NCBI GenBank assembly: GCA_036172245.1
Contig: JAYWIR010000014.1
Coordinates: forward strand, 3,162,001 to 3,226,000
DNA: 64,000 nucleotides
Source of the DNA: Raillietiella orientalis
Taxonomy: Eukaryota
Direction: 5' to 3'
Shown: in pieces, positions 1 through 10,650 of the stretch
How positions within the stretch are numbered: the first letter of the stretch is position 1
How the letters are laid out: every line of letters starts with the position of its first letter
Translations under genes and position numbers: made by a program
The notes under the pieces: model-generated
What the model saw: the letters and a program-made list of their open reading frames with translations, nothing else
What the model was told of the DNA's origin: nothing
Databases searched by the model: none

Positions 1-415
1 CTCGGGGCCGCTGACACCGGAGCGGAGGGGAGGAAGGTATGGGGTGCGAACAGGGTGGCAACGGCCGGATCTCTGGTGGGAAGAGACTGGGCTGTTGCTA
101 ATAGGGGGGCCCCGTGCCGCTGTGGTGCTGCCGCTGCTCCCCTGCTTCTTCAGGGACCTTTCGTGGAAGAAAGCGGCCACCTCCTCTCCTCTTGTCCGCC
201 ACCCTTCCCTGCTGGTTATTCCCTGCTTCCTTCGTCATTTCCGGAACGGCGCTGAGAATCAAGAGCGAGGGCATGCTGGTCGCAAGTCCCTTGCGACCAG
301 TATGGCGGAATGGACCGTGCGACCAATAGATCGCAAGGTGAACAAACTCCTGCCCTCACAAGATTTGGGGGTCACAGACCCGAGTTCCAAATCTCGAGCA
401 GAGCCTCTTGCAGTG

Positions 416-688
416 ATGACCTCGTCCACGAAAAACAAAGGCAGGGCGCCTCAAATCCGAGCTGCCATCCTCGGTGCTCTGTCAAGATTCGTCGTTTGTC
501 CAGAACGTTCACGACCGGGTTCTTTCATCAGCAACAATGAACTCCGCGGCATCGTCATTACCGCCCACGCCCTCATCTCAACCTTCATCCCAGTAATAGG
601 CGGCTTCGACAACCGAGTCACTCTCCTAATGTTAGGCGGGCCAGGTGTGGCCTTCCCACGGTTAAACGCCGTCGAATTCCGCCTCCCA
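416..688 (+). pseudogene. cox1: NUMT: degraded 5' part of mitochondrial cytochrome c oxidase subunit 1
   Basis: Translation STKNKG...IRAAILGALSRFVVCPERSRPGSFISNNELRGIVITAHALISTFIPVIGGFDNRVTLLMLGGPGVAFPRLNAVEFRLP aligns with the COX1 consensus STNHKD...IWA..G..LS..IR.EL..PG......LYN.IVTAHAFIMIFF..MP..IGGFGNWL.PLMLG.PDMAFPRLN..SFWL. Trp positions are CGA or CGC, and an AGA sits at a Ser position. Confidence 0.9.
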
Positions 689-799
689 GGGATGGTCATC
701 GGTCGGCGGAGTTCCTGAGGGGGACTCTTCTGCCTCTTTCCCCCCTCCCCTGCGACAAGAGTCGCTACCGGAGAGGGATTGCCGTCGCGGATGAGTTGC

Positions 800-2100
800 A
801 GCCTCCTCAGATGTTCTTCCTGCTCCTCAGAAAAGTCTCTTCGGCTGCTGCAAACTCGGTTGCCCCGAGCAGCCCTGCCCACCTCCACTCAAAATCGTGA
901 AGCCTCCGGGTTCCCTCGGCGCGCGAGGAGTTCTGTGAGGTCGTGAGCCATCACCCGCCGCCCTTGGAAAACGGTACTCCTCCCCTCTGGGCATGCGGGC
1001 GGCGGGGCAAGTGATCTCCGGACTTCCCTTGCTGCAGTCTTTCAGGGGTGAACGGAGACAGTCTGCGCCTCGAGGCGAATTCCTTCCCCTCGCCTCTGAG
1101 CGCTCGCGAAGGCTGTGGCAGGCGCTCCTCCCGCCCCTCTCTGGCTGCATCCTCCCCTCCCCACGCGTGCCTTTCCAGTAGGGGGTCTTTCCCATGGCAA
1201 CGACTCTCAGGGAGAACCTGTCGACCTTTTGTGCGTCTCCCTGGCAGGCGGGCTGCAGAGATGCTGTGAGAGGACAGCGCTCCGCTCGTGCTCGGAGCGG
1301 AGGACACTGGAAGTGGAGTTTCGAGACAGCCGGAACGCATTCATCTTAGAGCATCTGCAAAGATGCTCAGCATGGAAGGCACCTTCCCGCCATCATTCAG
1401 AGGCAGCGGCGCAGATGCTGCCGAAGGTTTTCTTCTCCCCATCCCCTCAGAGGGACCTTCCTCAAAGTTCATCACGTCGGCGGGAGGGAAGCGCCCGCTG
1501 CTCCTTCTCCAGGAGGTCGAAGGGGGGGAGGCTGCGTGCGGGTTCCGGCGCCAGCTGAATTGCCCTCCGGCGCTTTTTCGAACTCGAGAGCGGTCCCTCA
1601 ACGCTCCACATTTCCCTTCGGTCCTCGTTGGTCGCTGGGGAACTGAGGCGCGAAGGCAGCAGCACAGCCAGCAGCAGCCCTGGAGACCGATGCCGCTTGG
1701 GATCAGAGGAAACTGGACTTCGGCATGGACTGTTTTCAGAAAAGCAAGATGAGATGGGATAAATGGACCGAGGACGTCTCCGTAGGCGAAGAGCAGTCGT
1801 CCTGCAGAGGAAAGCCAAGGAAGAGTTCTTGCAGTAGATGCTCTCTGCACACATGGCAAGTCCTCAAGGATCTGTCTGGGGCATGATGGGAACCTGCCCG
1901 AGGATCTTCTCGCCCTGGAGCGCTAAAGCGTCCAGAAAACACCCAAGGAATGTTTCCTTCCTCTTGGCTCAAACAAGGGAAGGTCAGGGAGCATCCGTCC
2001 GTGGTCACTTTTCGGAGGGATGCTCTAAGGAACATCCAAGGTGCCGAAAGGATGGACTTCCCTTTCGCAGCAGCACTTTCCACATGCTGGAAGATGAGTC
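800..2100 (-). mobile_element. Decayed Penelope-like retroelement (RT plus GIY-YIG C-terminus)
   Basis: Ordered motifs across frameshifts: LDV..SL, GLAM (~1855), FAYGDVL....FLKTVHAEVQF (~YVDD..LN.IHP.IQFT), EGK..RD..VRKSAGGQF..RRNPH (~LPFLD..YRKPTH), HDFEW..GLLG and KRLF near 830-900. Confidence 0.65.
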
Positions 2101-3416
2101 CGTGTGTTTGTTTGTTTTGATTTGTTTGTCTTTGGGGGGGAGGGGGGGAGCATGTCCGATTGCGAAGGAAGAAATCTTGGGAGCTTTCGTTGTGGGAGTT
2201 TCTCCCTAGATCCGGAAGCTCGTCCAATCAGAGAGCAAGGAAAAGGAAAAGCAGAATGTTTCCCTTGCCGTCGCTGCTGCTGCTTCCGCCGTTACCCCCT
2301 TCTTTTTTCCCTTCTTCCTTTCCCTGACGTCACTGAGAACATCCGCACCGCTGTCCGTGAACCACGCTGCCGAACTCGCGAGCAGCTTCTTCCCGTGCGC
2401 CGGGCCGTGAAATCAGTAGTCTCGAGGGGATATGGTTCTGCAGCCAGGATTGCCGTCGGCCGGAACCCTGGCAACCCTAGCTGGGGAATCGTTCGGGCTC
2501 TCGCGACGCCGAACGGGCTCTCCTCCGCGGGATCCTGCAGCCTCTCCGTAGATTCGCTGCATGCCCGGCGGCACCCGTACGCGCCACTCGGTGCCTGAGT
2601 CCCTCAGGGCATGGTGGAGGAAGTAGGACGAGGGAGAGCAAGAAGCAAGGGCGACGACGCCAATCCCCTCCGCCTTCTTCCACTTGATGCAGGCAGAAGT
2701 TTGCCGTGGCGACGCGCGCACAAACTTCGGAGCTCGCGGCCGGCAGGGATGAGGGGCACAGCAGGGTCTTTCCGTGAAGAAGAATCTCCCCCCCCCCTCC
2801 ACCATTGAATAAATCAAACAGAAGTGCGTCTCGGATTCGAAAAGATACACCCGGAAGGAAGAGCGACCTCCGCCAGCGCGCGGCGGAGGGCGGTGGCGAC
2901 CAAGACGCTGCCTAAGTCTCTATGCGACCAGAGACCCGGTCGAAGGATCGCGGAAGAAATCCATCCATCCATCTTGGAAGGAAGGGAGGGGACAAAGGAA
3001 GCGTCTCTCAGCATCCTTCGCGCATCTGAAAGCCAACCTCGAGGCCCTCCCCTCGTTCCCTCGACGGCGCCTTGTTTGCATTTCGGGATGCATCGGGAGG
3101 GCAAGGGCGTACGTGTTTGATAATGGTGTGCCAAGCGATACGCTCCAAAGGTCGGGGAAGGGAAGGTGGGGTACGAGTGGGGGAAGGGGGAGAGGAAAGA
3201 AGGGAGGAGGAAGGAGAGAGGGAGAGAGGGGGGGAACACGGCTGGTGTGGGGACGTAGCGCTCCCTTAGCACGCAGTAATGCGGATCGAGTTCCGGCGAA
3301 CGAGGTCATCTCGCAGGCGGAGCAGACGTCTCCCTCCGTTGACGGCAGATCCGAACTTCCTCTCGAGAAGAGTTTCGCACGCGCAAGAGAGAGAGAGAGA
3401 GGAGAGGAGAGAGAAC

Positions 3417-3503
3417 CCTAAGCCCCTATATATATATACATATACATATATATATATATATGTATATATATACATGTATGTATATATATATAGGGGTTTT
3501 AGG
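3417..3503. repeat. (TA)n-rich microsatellite forming a near-palindrome, preceded by a (GA)n tract at 3386-3414
   Basis: Directly visible. Flanks CCTAAGCCCC and GGGGTTTTAGG are imperfectly complementary. Confidence 0.9.
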
Positions 3504-4362
3504 ATATATATGTATTATACACTTGTTTTTTCGGGAACTCGGATCCAGAGGGTTATTTATTTATCTTTCAAACACAAACCAACCAACCAACCGTTCCTGT
3601 TTTTTTTTTTTTTTTTGCGCCAAGCCAGGAAGACGAGCATGTGGTCCTGGAGGCTCTTATTAATAGCTGTTTACGCGCGCCCGCTCGCGAAGGGGGGGGA
3701 GTATGTTTTGATCCCGGGTGGAGGACCTGGACACAATATTATTGTTTCCTAATTTACTGCTTCCTCGTCGCCTTCCAGACTGGCGGAAGAGGAAGGCTGG
3801 ACGGCGGGAAGCCGAGTCCCCGGAGCAGCCGCGCCTCCGCCTGCGTCTCTGGATGTTTTTTTTTTCCCCTGCGGCCTCTCCGCCCTTCCGTGGCGAGGAC
3901 CGTCGCTGAGGGCAACCCTAGGATCCAAGGCGCCCCACTCTTCCGAGGAAGCCGGAGGGAGGGAACGGGAATGTATCTGATTCCGCAGATGGGGTAGCGG
4001 GGGTGGGTGGGATTCGCGGTGTTGCGCCCTAATGTCGAGGACAGGCTCTACTCAGGCTGCTACCCCTTCCTCCTCCTCGTCTTCTTCCTCTCGAGACCCC
4101 TAGGGATTTGACGCTTGGGACGACGCCTTCCCGTTGCGCGCGCGCGCCCCCAATCCTCTTCGCCTGTATAAATATGGAGGATTTGCCGCGCCATAGAGTG
4201 CCACCGCCCCAGCCGCCGCATTTCTCATGCGGAACGCCGAGCCGCGTTGGCGGAGGGAAGAAGGGCGAAGAGGGCAAAGTTGGTGGCGCTCCGTCGCCAC
4301 TCGGAAGCGCGTCCCGCTCTCAGCAGGGGGGTTTGAACTTACAGGAACGTCTCTCTCCCCCT

Positions 4363-4393
4363 CACACACACACACACACACACATACACACAC
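4363..4393. repeat. (CA)n microsatellite
   Basis: Directly visible. Confidence 0.9.
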
Positions 4394-4904
4394 CAACTGG
4401 AACGGGGATGCGCTGTCGCTCTCCGGAATCGATCGCTCCTTGACTGGCGGCTTACTGCTCTCTAGGGCGCGCTGCTCCCGCTCGTATCGCGGCGTGCCAC
4501 TCGCCCGCACTTGCGAAGCGATCACGGACGATGGCGCCTTCTTTGCTTGCCGCCGCGTTCGACGGTCGCTGGCCTCTCGGGCTGAGGAAAAAAATCCCGT
4601 CTTCCTCAACCGCTTCCTGTTTCCCGATCTCGTTGCGAAACCGTCCCGGCAGAAAGGCGCTTTCCGCGGCGAGAGGGGGCTCAAAGGCCCAGTTTCCCGC
4701 CCTTCCCCGCTTCTCCCCCTCCTGCAGCCGGTGCGCTTTCCTGCCTACTCATCCTTCCCGGGGCTGCTGCTGCTGCCGCGACGGCGGACTCCCGTCGAGG
4801 CGTCCCTGCCCGTCTTCGGCGAGACCCGGAGGCGCGGCGGCGCCGCGATGGAAGCCGCCGCCGCGCGCAGTGCGCACGGACGGAACAAAGAAGTTCAGCG
4901 CAGA

Positions 4905-5440
4905 GCGCTCCAAGTGATCTCCTCGGTAATTAAAAAACACTTAAGACCCACTTAACGGAAACGCGGCAACCCGTGAAGTATGCAAATTGGAATTCTCGTT
5001 CCGTGGACCCTGCGGAGCATGGACCGGCGGTTTATTTTTAGGCATGCTCGTTTTAATTATTCGCGGCGGAGAATCGTCGCGCCTGCAGGGTTGCCACTCT
5101 CGGCGTGCAGCGCGCGCGATGGTTATTCATGCATTTGTTTTCATAACAACCCGAGCGTTTCTCCCCCCGCGCGCGCGCGGATTCCGACGCGTACGAAGGC
5201 GGCGGTCACGCACACGCACGCCCGCACGCTGGCGGATGTGCTCTTCTCGGACTGCAGAGCAGATGATGGTCTGCGGGGCCTTCGCGAGACGGGGAAACGG
5301 CCGAGGCTGCTCGGAGGAAGGAGGGAACGAGGCGCAGAATGCCGAGCGCAGGGACCCCAAAGAGTCCCCGAGAATTGCCGTCGAGTGTAAACAGTAATTA
5401 AGGAGAATGGCCTCGGAATCGGTGTGTGCGTGAGTTTACT
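4905..5440. promoter_or_regulatory. Candidate developmental enhancer island
   Basis: CAAGTG 4911, TAATTA 4927 and 5395, CACTTAA 4938 and 4949, octamer ATGCAAAT 4980, TGTAAACA 5386. Motif presence only. Confidence 0.4.
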
Positions 5441-5469
5441 TTACGGGAGAAAAGACAGATGAAGTGATG

Positions 5470-5990
5470 CTAGCGGAGCGGATTGACTTTTCTTCTTATG
5501 CGATCGCGCCGCTTCCCTCGCCTGGACAGCCCCGGGAATGCCCTGTCTTCCCCAGCTCTTCGGAACCGCCGCTCTTCGTCCTCCAAGCTTCGATACCGGC
5601 CGGCTCCTAGTCTCGTTTCCGATGCAGGGAAGGGTCGGATGCCTCTGGCGGACCTCCGGTGTCGGGAGAGAGACCTCTTCGACCCGACGTCTCAGGATGG
5701 GGGCGAGCAGCAGGTCACGCTCGTGCCACCTGCCGATCGGCACTCCAACGCAAAGCCTCCTCCCTACGAGGCTGATTTCCGGCACGAGTCTTTCACTCGC
5801 GGCCGTTCTCGAAGGGCCCGTCGCGAAGAAGCGACGGCTAATGGAGCGCGAGTGTGGCCACAGCGGTGCACAGCGGTGGCCGTGGAGAACCGTCCTGCCC
5901 CTCTCGGCGGACGGGCATGGGCGGAGAGGTGGCGCCGCCCCGCGTGCTCGCGGATCCGCCAAGACTTTCGTTCCATCCGTGGGGGACTGA
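5470..5990 (+). mobile_element. Decayed LTR retrotransposon (Gypsy-like) integrase core
   Basis: CDR..FPR(W), LVSDAG (~LVSDNG) and LVPPADRHSNA (~PYHPQSNG) occur in the expected order. Confidence 0.4.
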
Positions 5991-6999
5991 AGATGAACTT
6001 CCGAGGAAGGGAGGAGATAAGCCGGGAAACGCCCCAGACCGTTCCCGAAGTCCTTCTCATCTCGATCCCTGATGCCTCAGTGAGTGCGCGTGACGGAGAG
6101 GGTCTCTCCTCCCCCTTCTTGCTTAGCTGATCCTGCGCATTCCGCACTTCCTGGAGGTCCGAGATGCAACTGGACCTCCGGCTCTCCTAGCCAATTTCCC
6201 TAGGAAGAGAGGAAGAAGACATGAATATTTTATCGATCCGTTCCCAGAGCGCGATCCTTTCTCTATTTGTGTGTTCATCTCCGAAGAGATGAGAAAAAAA
6301 AGAAAAGAAAAAAAAAAAAACCTCCGCCGAAACGTAAACAGAACGGATGACAATGAAAGAAAATAGGCAAACAGAAAAGAATACGGCCGAGAGAGAGGAC
6401 GCTTTCGGAAAGGCATGACGTCAGCAGAACCTCGTCCATCACCGGGATCGCGTTCGCATTTGCGCCTCCGGAACACGATGCCTAGGAAGCGCTGTCCCCC
6501 CCCCCCCACGCGTGGGCGTGCGCTTGCAAACACGTACGCGTCTCCAGAGTCTTTCCTCTCAAAGACGGGGAGAGAGGGACGGAGGGAGGGAGGGAAGAAT
6601 GTGCCGAAAGACGCCGGCTCGGCTCGCGCAACCCCCGAAGCTGCTGCTGCCGCTCTCGGGTTTCGGCACCCGGCAAGGCACGGGTTATTTTTAACGGCGG
6701 AGCAGACGCCTCTCTTGGGGGCTCGAACCTCCGGAGGCGATCTGCTCCTTCCGGAGGAGGAAGGAAAGGCGGGCGGATGATCTCCGGGAGCCGGGGTCGC
6801 TCCCTCACCTTCCCTGCTTCCCTCCCTCCGAGACGGCACATGACGCCAGTGCACGGGGCATCCCGCCGGAAGAGAGTCCTGTTTCGGGGTCCGCACCAGA
6901 CGTGACCCGACACTGATGGCAGCGTCTTGAAGCTGCCATCATCGTCACCGTGCCCCCCCCCCCTTCCCTCCCGCACGGTGCGCGAGCTGCGCGAGCCCA

Positions 7000-7460
7000 C
7001 CGTTCGAGGCAGGGAGACCTCCGTGCCTCCCGTCCTACCCCCCTGCCTCGAGCAGCGCAGTGCACGCGCCTCCCTTCCGAAGGAGCCATCACTCCCCGGA
7101 AGTGAAGGATGCCAGCAGAACGAGCCAACATCGAAGACCAAGAGTAGCACCGAGAGTCCGTTAGTAGGTAGGGCGTACTGCGTCCGCGAGGTCACCGCCT
7201 GAGCCAGGTCACCTCAGCCTCCGAGTCTCTGGAGGCCAGAAGGACTCCGCCGTGCCTGAGCAGCCCATCCCTGCTTCCCTCCTCTTTTCCAGGAGAACAG
7301 CGAAAGCTCTTCCGGCGTTCCCAGGAAACTGCCCAGTGGCGTTCCTCTCCCTCCCTCGTGGGGCCGACCCGCGGCGGCGGGCCTCCCAGCCAGCTGGAAG
7401 AGATCCTCCAGTGTCAGGGGGCAGAGAGATCGCAGGTCTTCCGGCCTCCTGATTGAGCGA
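7000..7460 (-). mobile_element. Decayed Gypsy-like RT end / RNase H start
   Basis: FPGNAGRAFAVLLEK..AGMGC..TAESF (~FIP..A..PL..LL.K..W.W...AF), then YALPTNGLSVLL...WHP (~DAS..GLGAVL). Confidence 0.4.
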
Positions 7461-8164
7461 GCTTCCTGGACCTGGGGGACCCTTGCCCGGTCCCTTCCGT
7501 ACAGCCCCGCTGCGGTAACAGGGAGGAGGATATCCGGCGATTCTTCCTAATCCCCTCCCCCCTCTCGCCTGCAGCTGCGTTGGTCTCTTGATCGACGGAG
7601 AGGGAGCGGCACGCGCCTGTTGTGTTGCCCATCTCGCCGGCAGCAACCGTCCCGGCAGCATCACCTCCTCCCGCGGGAGAACGAACGGGAGGAAGTGCGA
7701 GGCGCATGGACGGATTGGTGCACCGGGAGGGGAGGAAGGGAAAGTTGTCGGACGCGGTGCGCGACGCTCGAGGCTGGTGTCGGTTCAGCAAGCCCCCCTT
7801 CCCTTCCTCCCACGTTGCCTCTGCCCACAGAAGGCGGGTCGACTTCCGCAGACCGCTCTCCTCTGGCTCGCTCGCAGGAATCTCCCTCTACTCTCTCTCT
7901 CCCCCCTCATCTCCCCACCCGGATACGGCCGGAAGCCGTTAGTTACCGGTAAACAGGAGACGGTGCCCGCTTTCTCCTCTTCCGAGGAGAACGGCACGTT
8001 GCCCGTTGCGGGACGGAACGCGCCCGGATGGCGACCGCGCGCCGGGAAACCGCTAGCACGTGGCGGCCGGCCGGCCGGCAACAGCGGCGGCTACCTAGCA
8101 ACGGCCTCGTTCCCGGAGCGAACGAGTTGGGGAAGAATGGAGGAGAAGGATTGCGTGAGAGAGC

Positions 8165-8420
8165 GCCAGGAGTTTTGCTCATGAAGATGCCTTCGGGACC
8201 CCTTGCGTGCCCAGCGCTGGATGGGAGTCCAGAAACCCTCCGGGTGCATCGGTCGGACACTTCCGAAGCTGCGCTCTCGCCAGCATCCTCGCAAAGGGGG
8301 CAGAGCAGAAAACGAGTCCCCATTCCACGTCCTGGAGGGGGGGCGGGAAGTGAGGAGTGCACACCACGTCTCTCTTTTCCTCTCCCCGATCGAGGTGATT
8401 TCCTGTCTGAGCGAGTGCCG
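8165..8420 (+). mobile_element. Possible GIY-YIG endonuclease relic (Penelope-like)
   Basis: GVLLMKMP...CIGRTLPKLRSRQH resembles GVVYKIPC...YIG.T.R.L..R..EH. Confidence 0.3.
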
Positions 8421-9329
8421 CAGAGTGGAAAGTTCGAGGCGGAGCGGTCGAGGAAAGGCCGCGTACAAAAGCGGGAAGGGAGCGATTGCATTGCTACCCC
8501 GGGCCTGTGCTGGCGGCCTCAGATGGGGGAAAACAGGGGAACGGACAGGGAAGGAGGGTGGGGGATCAATCGCTTTTCCGGGCTCATGTACTTTTCTGGA
8601 ATTTTCTGAATCGCTTTCCCAGGCGGTGGGCCTCCGAGAGACCTCGGTCTGCGCTGCGCTTCGTGACGTGTGCGTTCCGGAGACGAGTGGCCGCCGCTGC
8701 TGCTGCTGGCAGCAAAGGTGGCAGTCATCCTGGTCACCAGCAGCGGGCGGAGGGGAGCAGTGCGCCGGGAAGAGAAGCCGGGAGCGAGCGAGCGCGTGTG
8801 CGACGGGACGAGACGGAGACTGCGAAGTGCCGGGAGCGCGCCGGTCTGCGGGGGAGGCGGCGGCTGGCCGGCGGCGGCTTCCGCTCGCGGGTCCGCTTCG
8901 AGCCCCTTTCTTCTGAGGTCTCTGGGACCGCTCCGCGCGGAGGTGAGTCAGCAGCAGCCCCCGGGATGGGTTGGCGCTGCGTCCCCGACGGGACGGGCCC
9001 TTCCACACCTTCCTCCCGGCAGCGGGATAGGCCGTGTTTGTCTTGGGCTGGGTAGAGGGGACGCAACAGCCAGACAGCAAACAGCCGAGGGCAGAGAGGA
9101 AGAGCAGGGAATCGAAAGGAGGGAAGGAAGGGGAGGGGGGGAGAGGGAGGGAAGCTGGAGATCTCGGGCCAGAGGAGGAGGAGGGCTGCAGAGACTGTCG
9201 GATTTCGCGATTACAAGAGCTGACGACAGGAAGAAGAATCCTAGCGAGTAGCGCTGTCGGTGACGCGGAGACATCGTGAACGTCTCTGTGAACGGAAGAG
9301 GCCGTTGTTTTTCGGTCGGCTGCGTCGTT

Positions 9330-10650
9330 CATGGAGATTTGCATCCGGATGCAACTTCTATCTCTCGTTCTATCTGCATGTCTTCGACACATCCTAAAAC
9401 ACTGTAAAATGATTATTGTTGCCGATTTCGCGTAATTAAATTCGGTTCAGGGGAAGGGAACGAAGAGCCTAAGCCCAGGGGACGCAGCGGAGCACAGCAG
9501 GACGCCAATCCTCTCGTTGATGACTCGGTCTGCTCTCGGAAAGGTTTTGATTGGTTTTCTGTCCGAACCTTCCGGCCGGATTGGGAGATCCGTGTTTGCA
9601 GCACGCGGTATCTGTTAATCAGAAGTGTTATCAAGGGTTGGAATAGGTTCCATTGTCATGCTAGTTTGGGGATCAAGGTAGCGTCCTGGCAACGAAACAA
9701 GTACAAGCATTAATCCCATCATGGCTTTGATGATAAATAATTCATCGCAATCACAACAATGGACACGCGAAGCGGATTCTTCCCGTTTCTCGCGTCCGTT
9801 CCCGACACTCCGCGCTCTCACTCCCGGAATGATTTTTGCAACGCCCTACGTGGCGTTGCAAAAATCGTGTGGACGCGGAGAGCGAATCGCCCGACATCAC
9901 CGACGAATGCATCACTTTTGTCCACAGTGCGATCATTTTTTCCCCCGTCTCCGGAGAATACAATTACCAGCAAATATGCTGTTTGCTCTCTATCATCTCG
10001 CAACCATCTTGCCGCCGCGACCAGGAAATTCTCGAAACTGGCATGAGAATCTCTAGAGAGTTAATTGTGCGCTCTGTGTTTGCTTAAGGATGAGTAGAGA
10101 AATTAAGTACGAAGGCCGTCACGTGTTGGAAGGATTCGATCGTCTGCCGAGAAAGGATTTTTACAAGCAGCCTCTTAACCGTCAAAATAAATTTCCTCGC
10201 TTACGCCAGTATCGTCGTTCCTGCCTATTGTGTTCGCGCATCAACCCATTCAACCCATCCTCGCTGCAAGATTCATCCTTCCAGAGTGGAATTTTCCCTA
10301 CGCATTCTGTTGTCTGATGTGCGTTGCTTGGTAATGAAACATGGCGTGTTTGCCATTAAAAATGCATATAAATAACACGCGCACATATCATAACAGTCGG
10401 AGCGATGAGATACGTTTGTTTCTACAACAGATGGAAAACGCGCTGCGCTGCAATCTCCTGCCCAATTGGTAAACCTGGAAACGCGATCGTCATAGAGACC
10501 CAACAATAACAAAGAGGTGAAGCTAAACAATGCAAGGACAAGCATCACAACAGCGTGTTCATGGCGAAAACTCAATGTTCCGTCAACAACAATGAGGCTG
10601 CAACAATGGAGCACGCACGCATGCTCGCGACAATGCGGCAACAACAATGG
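9330..10650. promoter_or_regulatory. AT-richer non-repetitive island, candidate enhancer with a Sox-site cluster
   Basis: Octamer ATTTGCAT 9337, CTTTGAT 9725, and five AACAAT between 10502 and 10648. Lacks the purine/pyrimidine tracts of the flanks. Confidence 0.45.
9831..9866. repeat. Perfect 15-bp inverted repeat with a 6-nt loop
   Basis: GATTTTTGCAACGCC-CTACGT-GGCGTTGCAAAAATC. Confidence 0.95.

Noticed and set aside
295..394. Mitochondrial tRNA remnant or hairpin (AGATTTGG-GGGTC-ACA-GACCC...CCAAATCT) upstream of the cox1 NUMT
   Set aside because: The hairpin is real but short, and I could not build a cloverleaf.
9270..9340. OTU-protease-like DIVNVSVNGRGRCFSV
   Set aside because: The catalytic GDGNC motif is absent and the match is too short.
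8091..9392. 433-aa minus-strand ORF, and other long ORFs such as 22838-23989, 32947-34008 and 52950-53909
   Set aside because: Low-complexity R/P/S/G/L translations of purine/pyrimidine tracts, open in several overlapping frames, with no intact domain. Expected in stop-poor GC-rich DNA.
9905..9932. Partial resemblance to miR-153 (ACAAAAGTGATG on the minus strand)
   Set aside because: The seed region does not match and there is no complementary arm.
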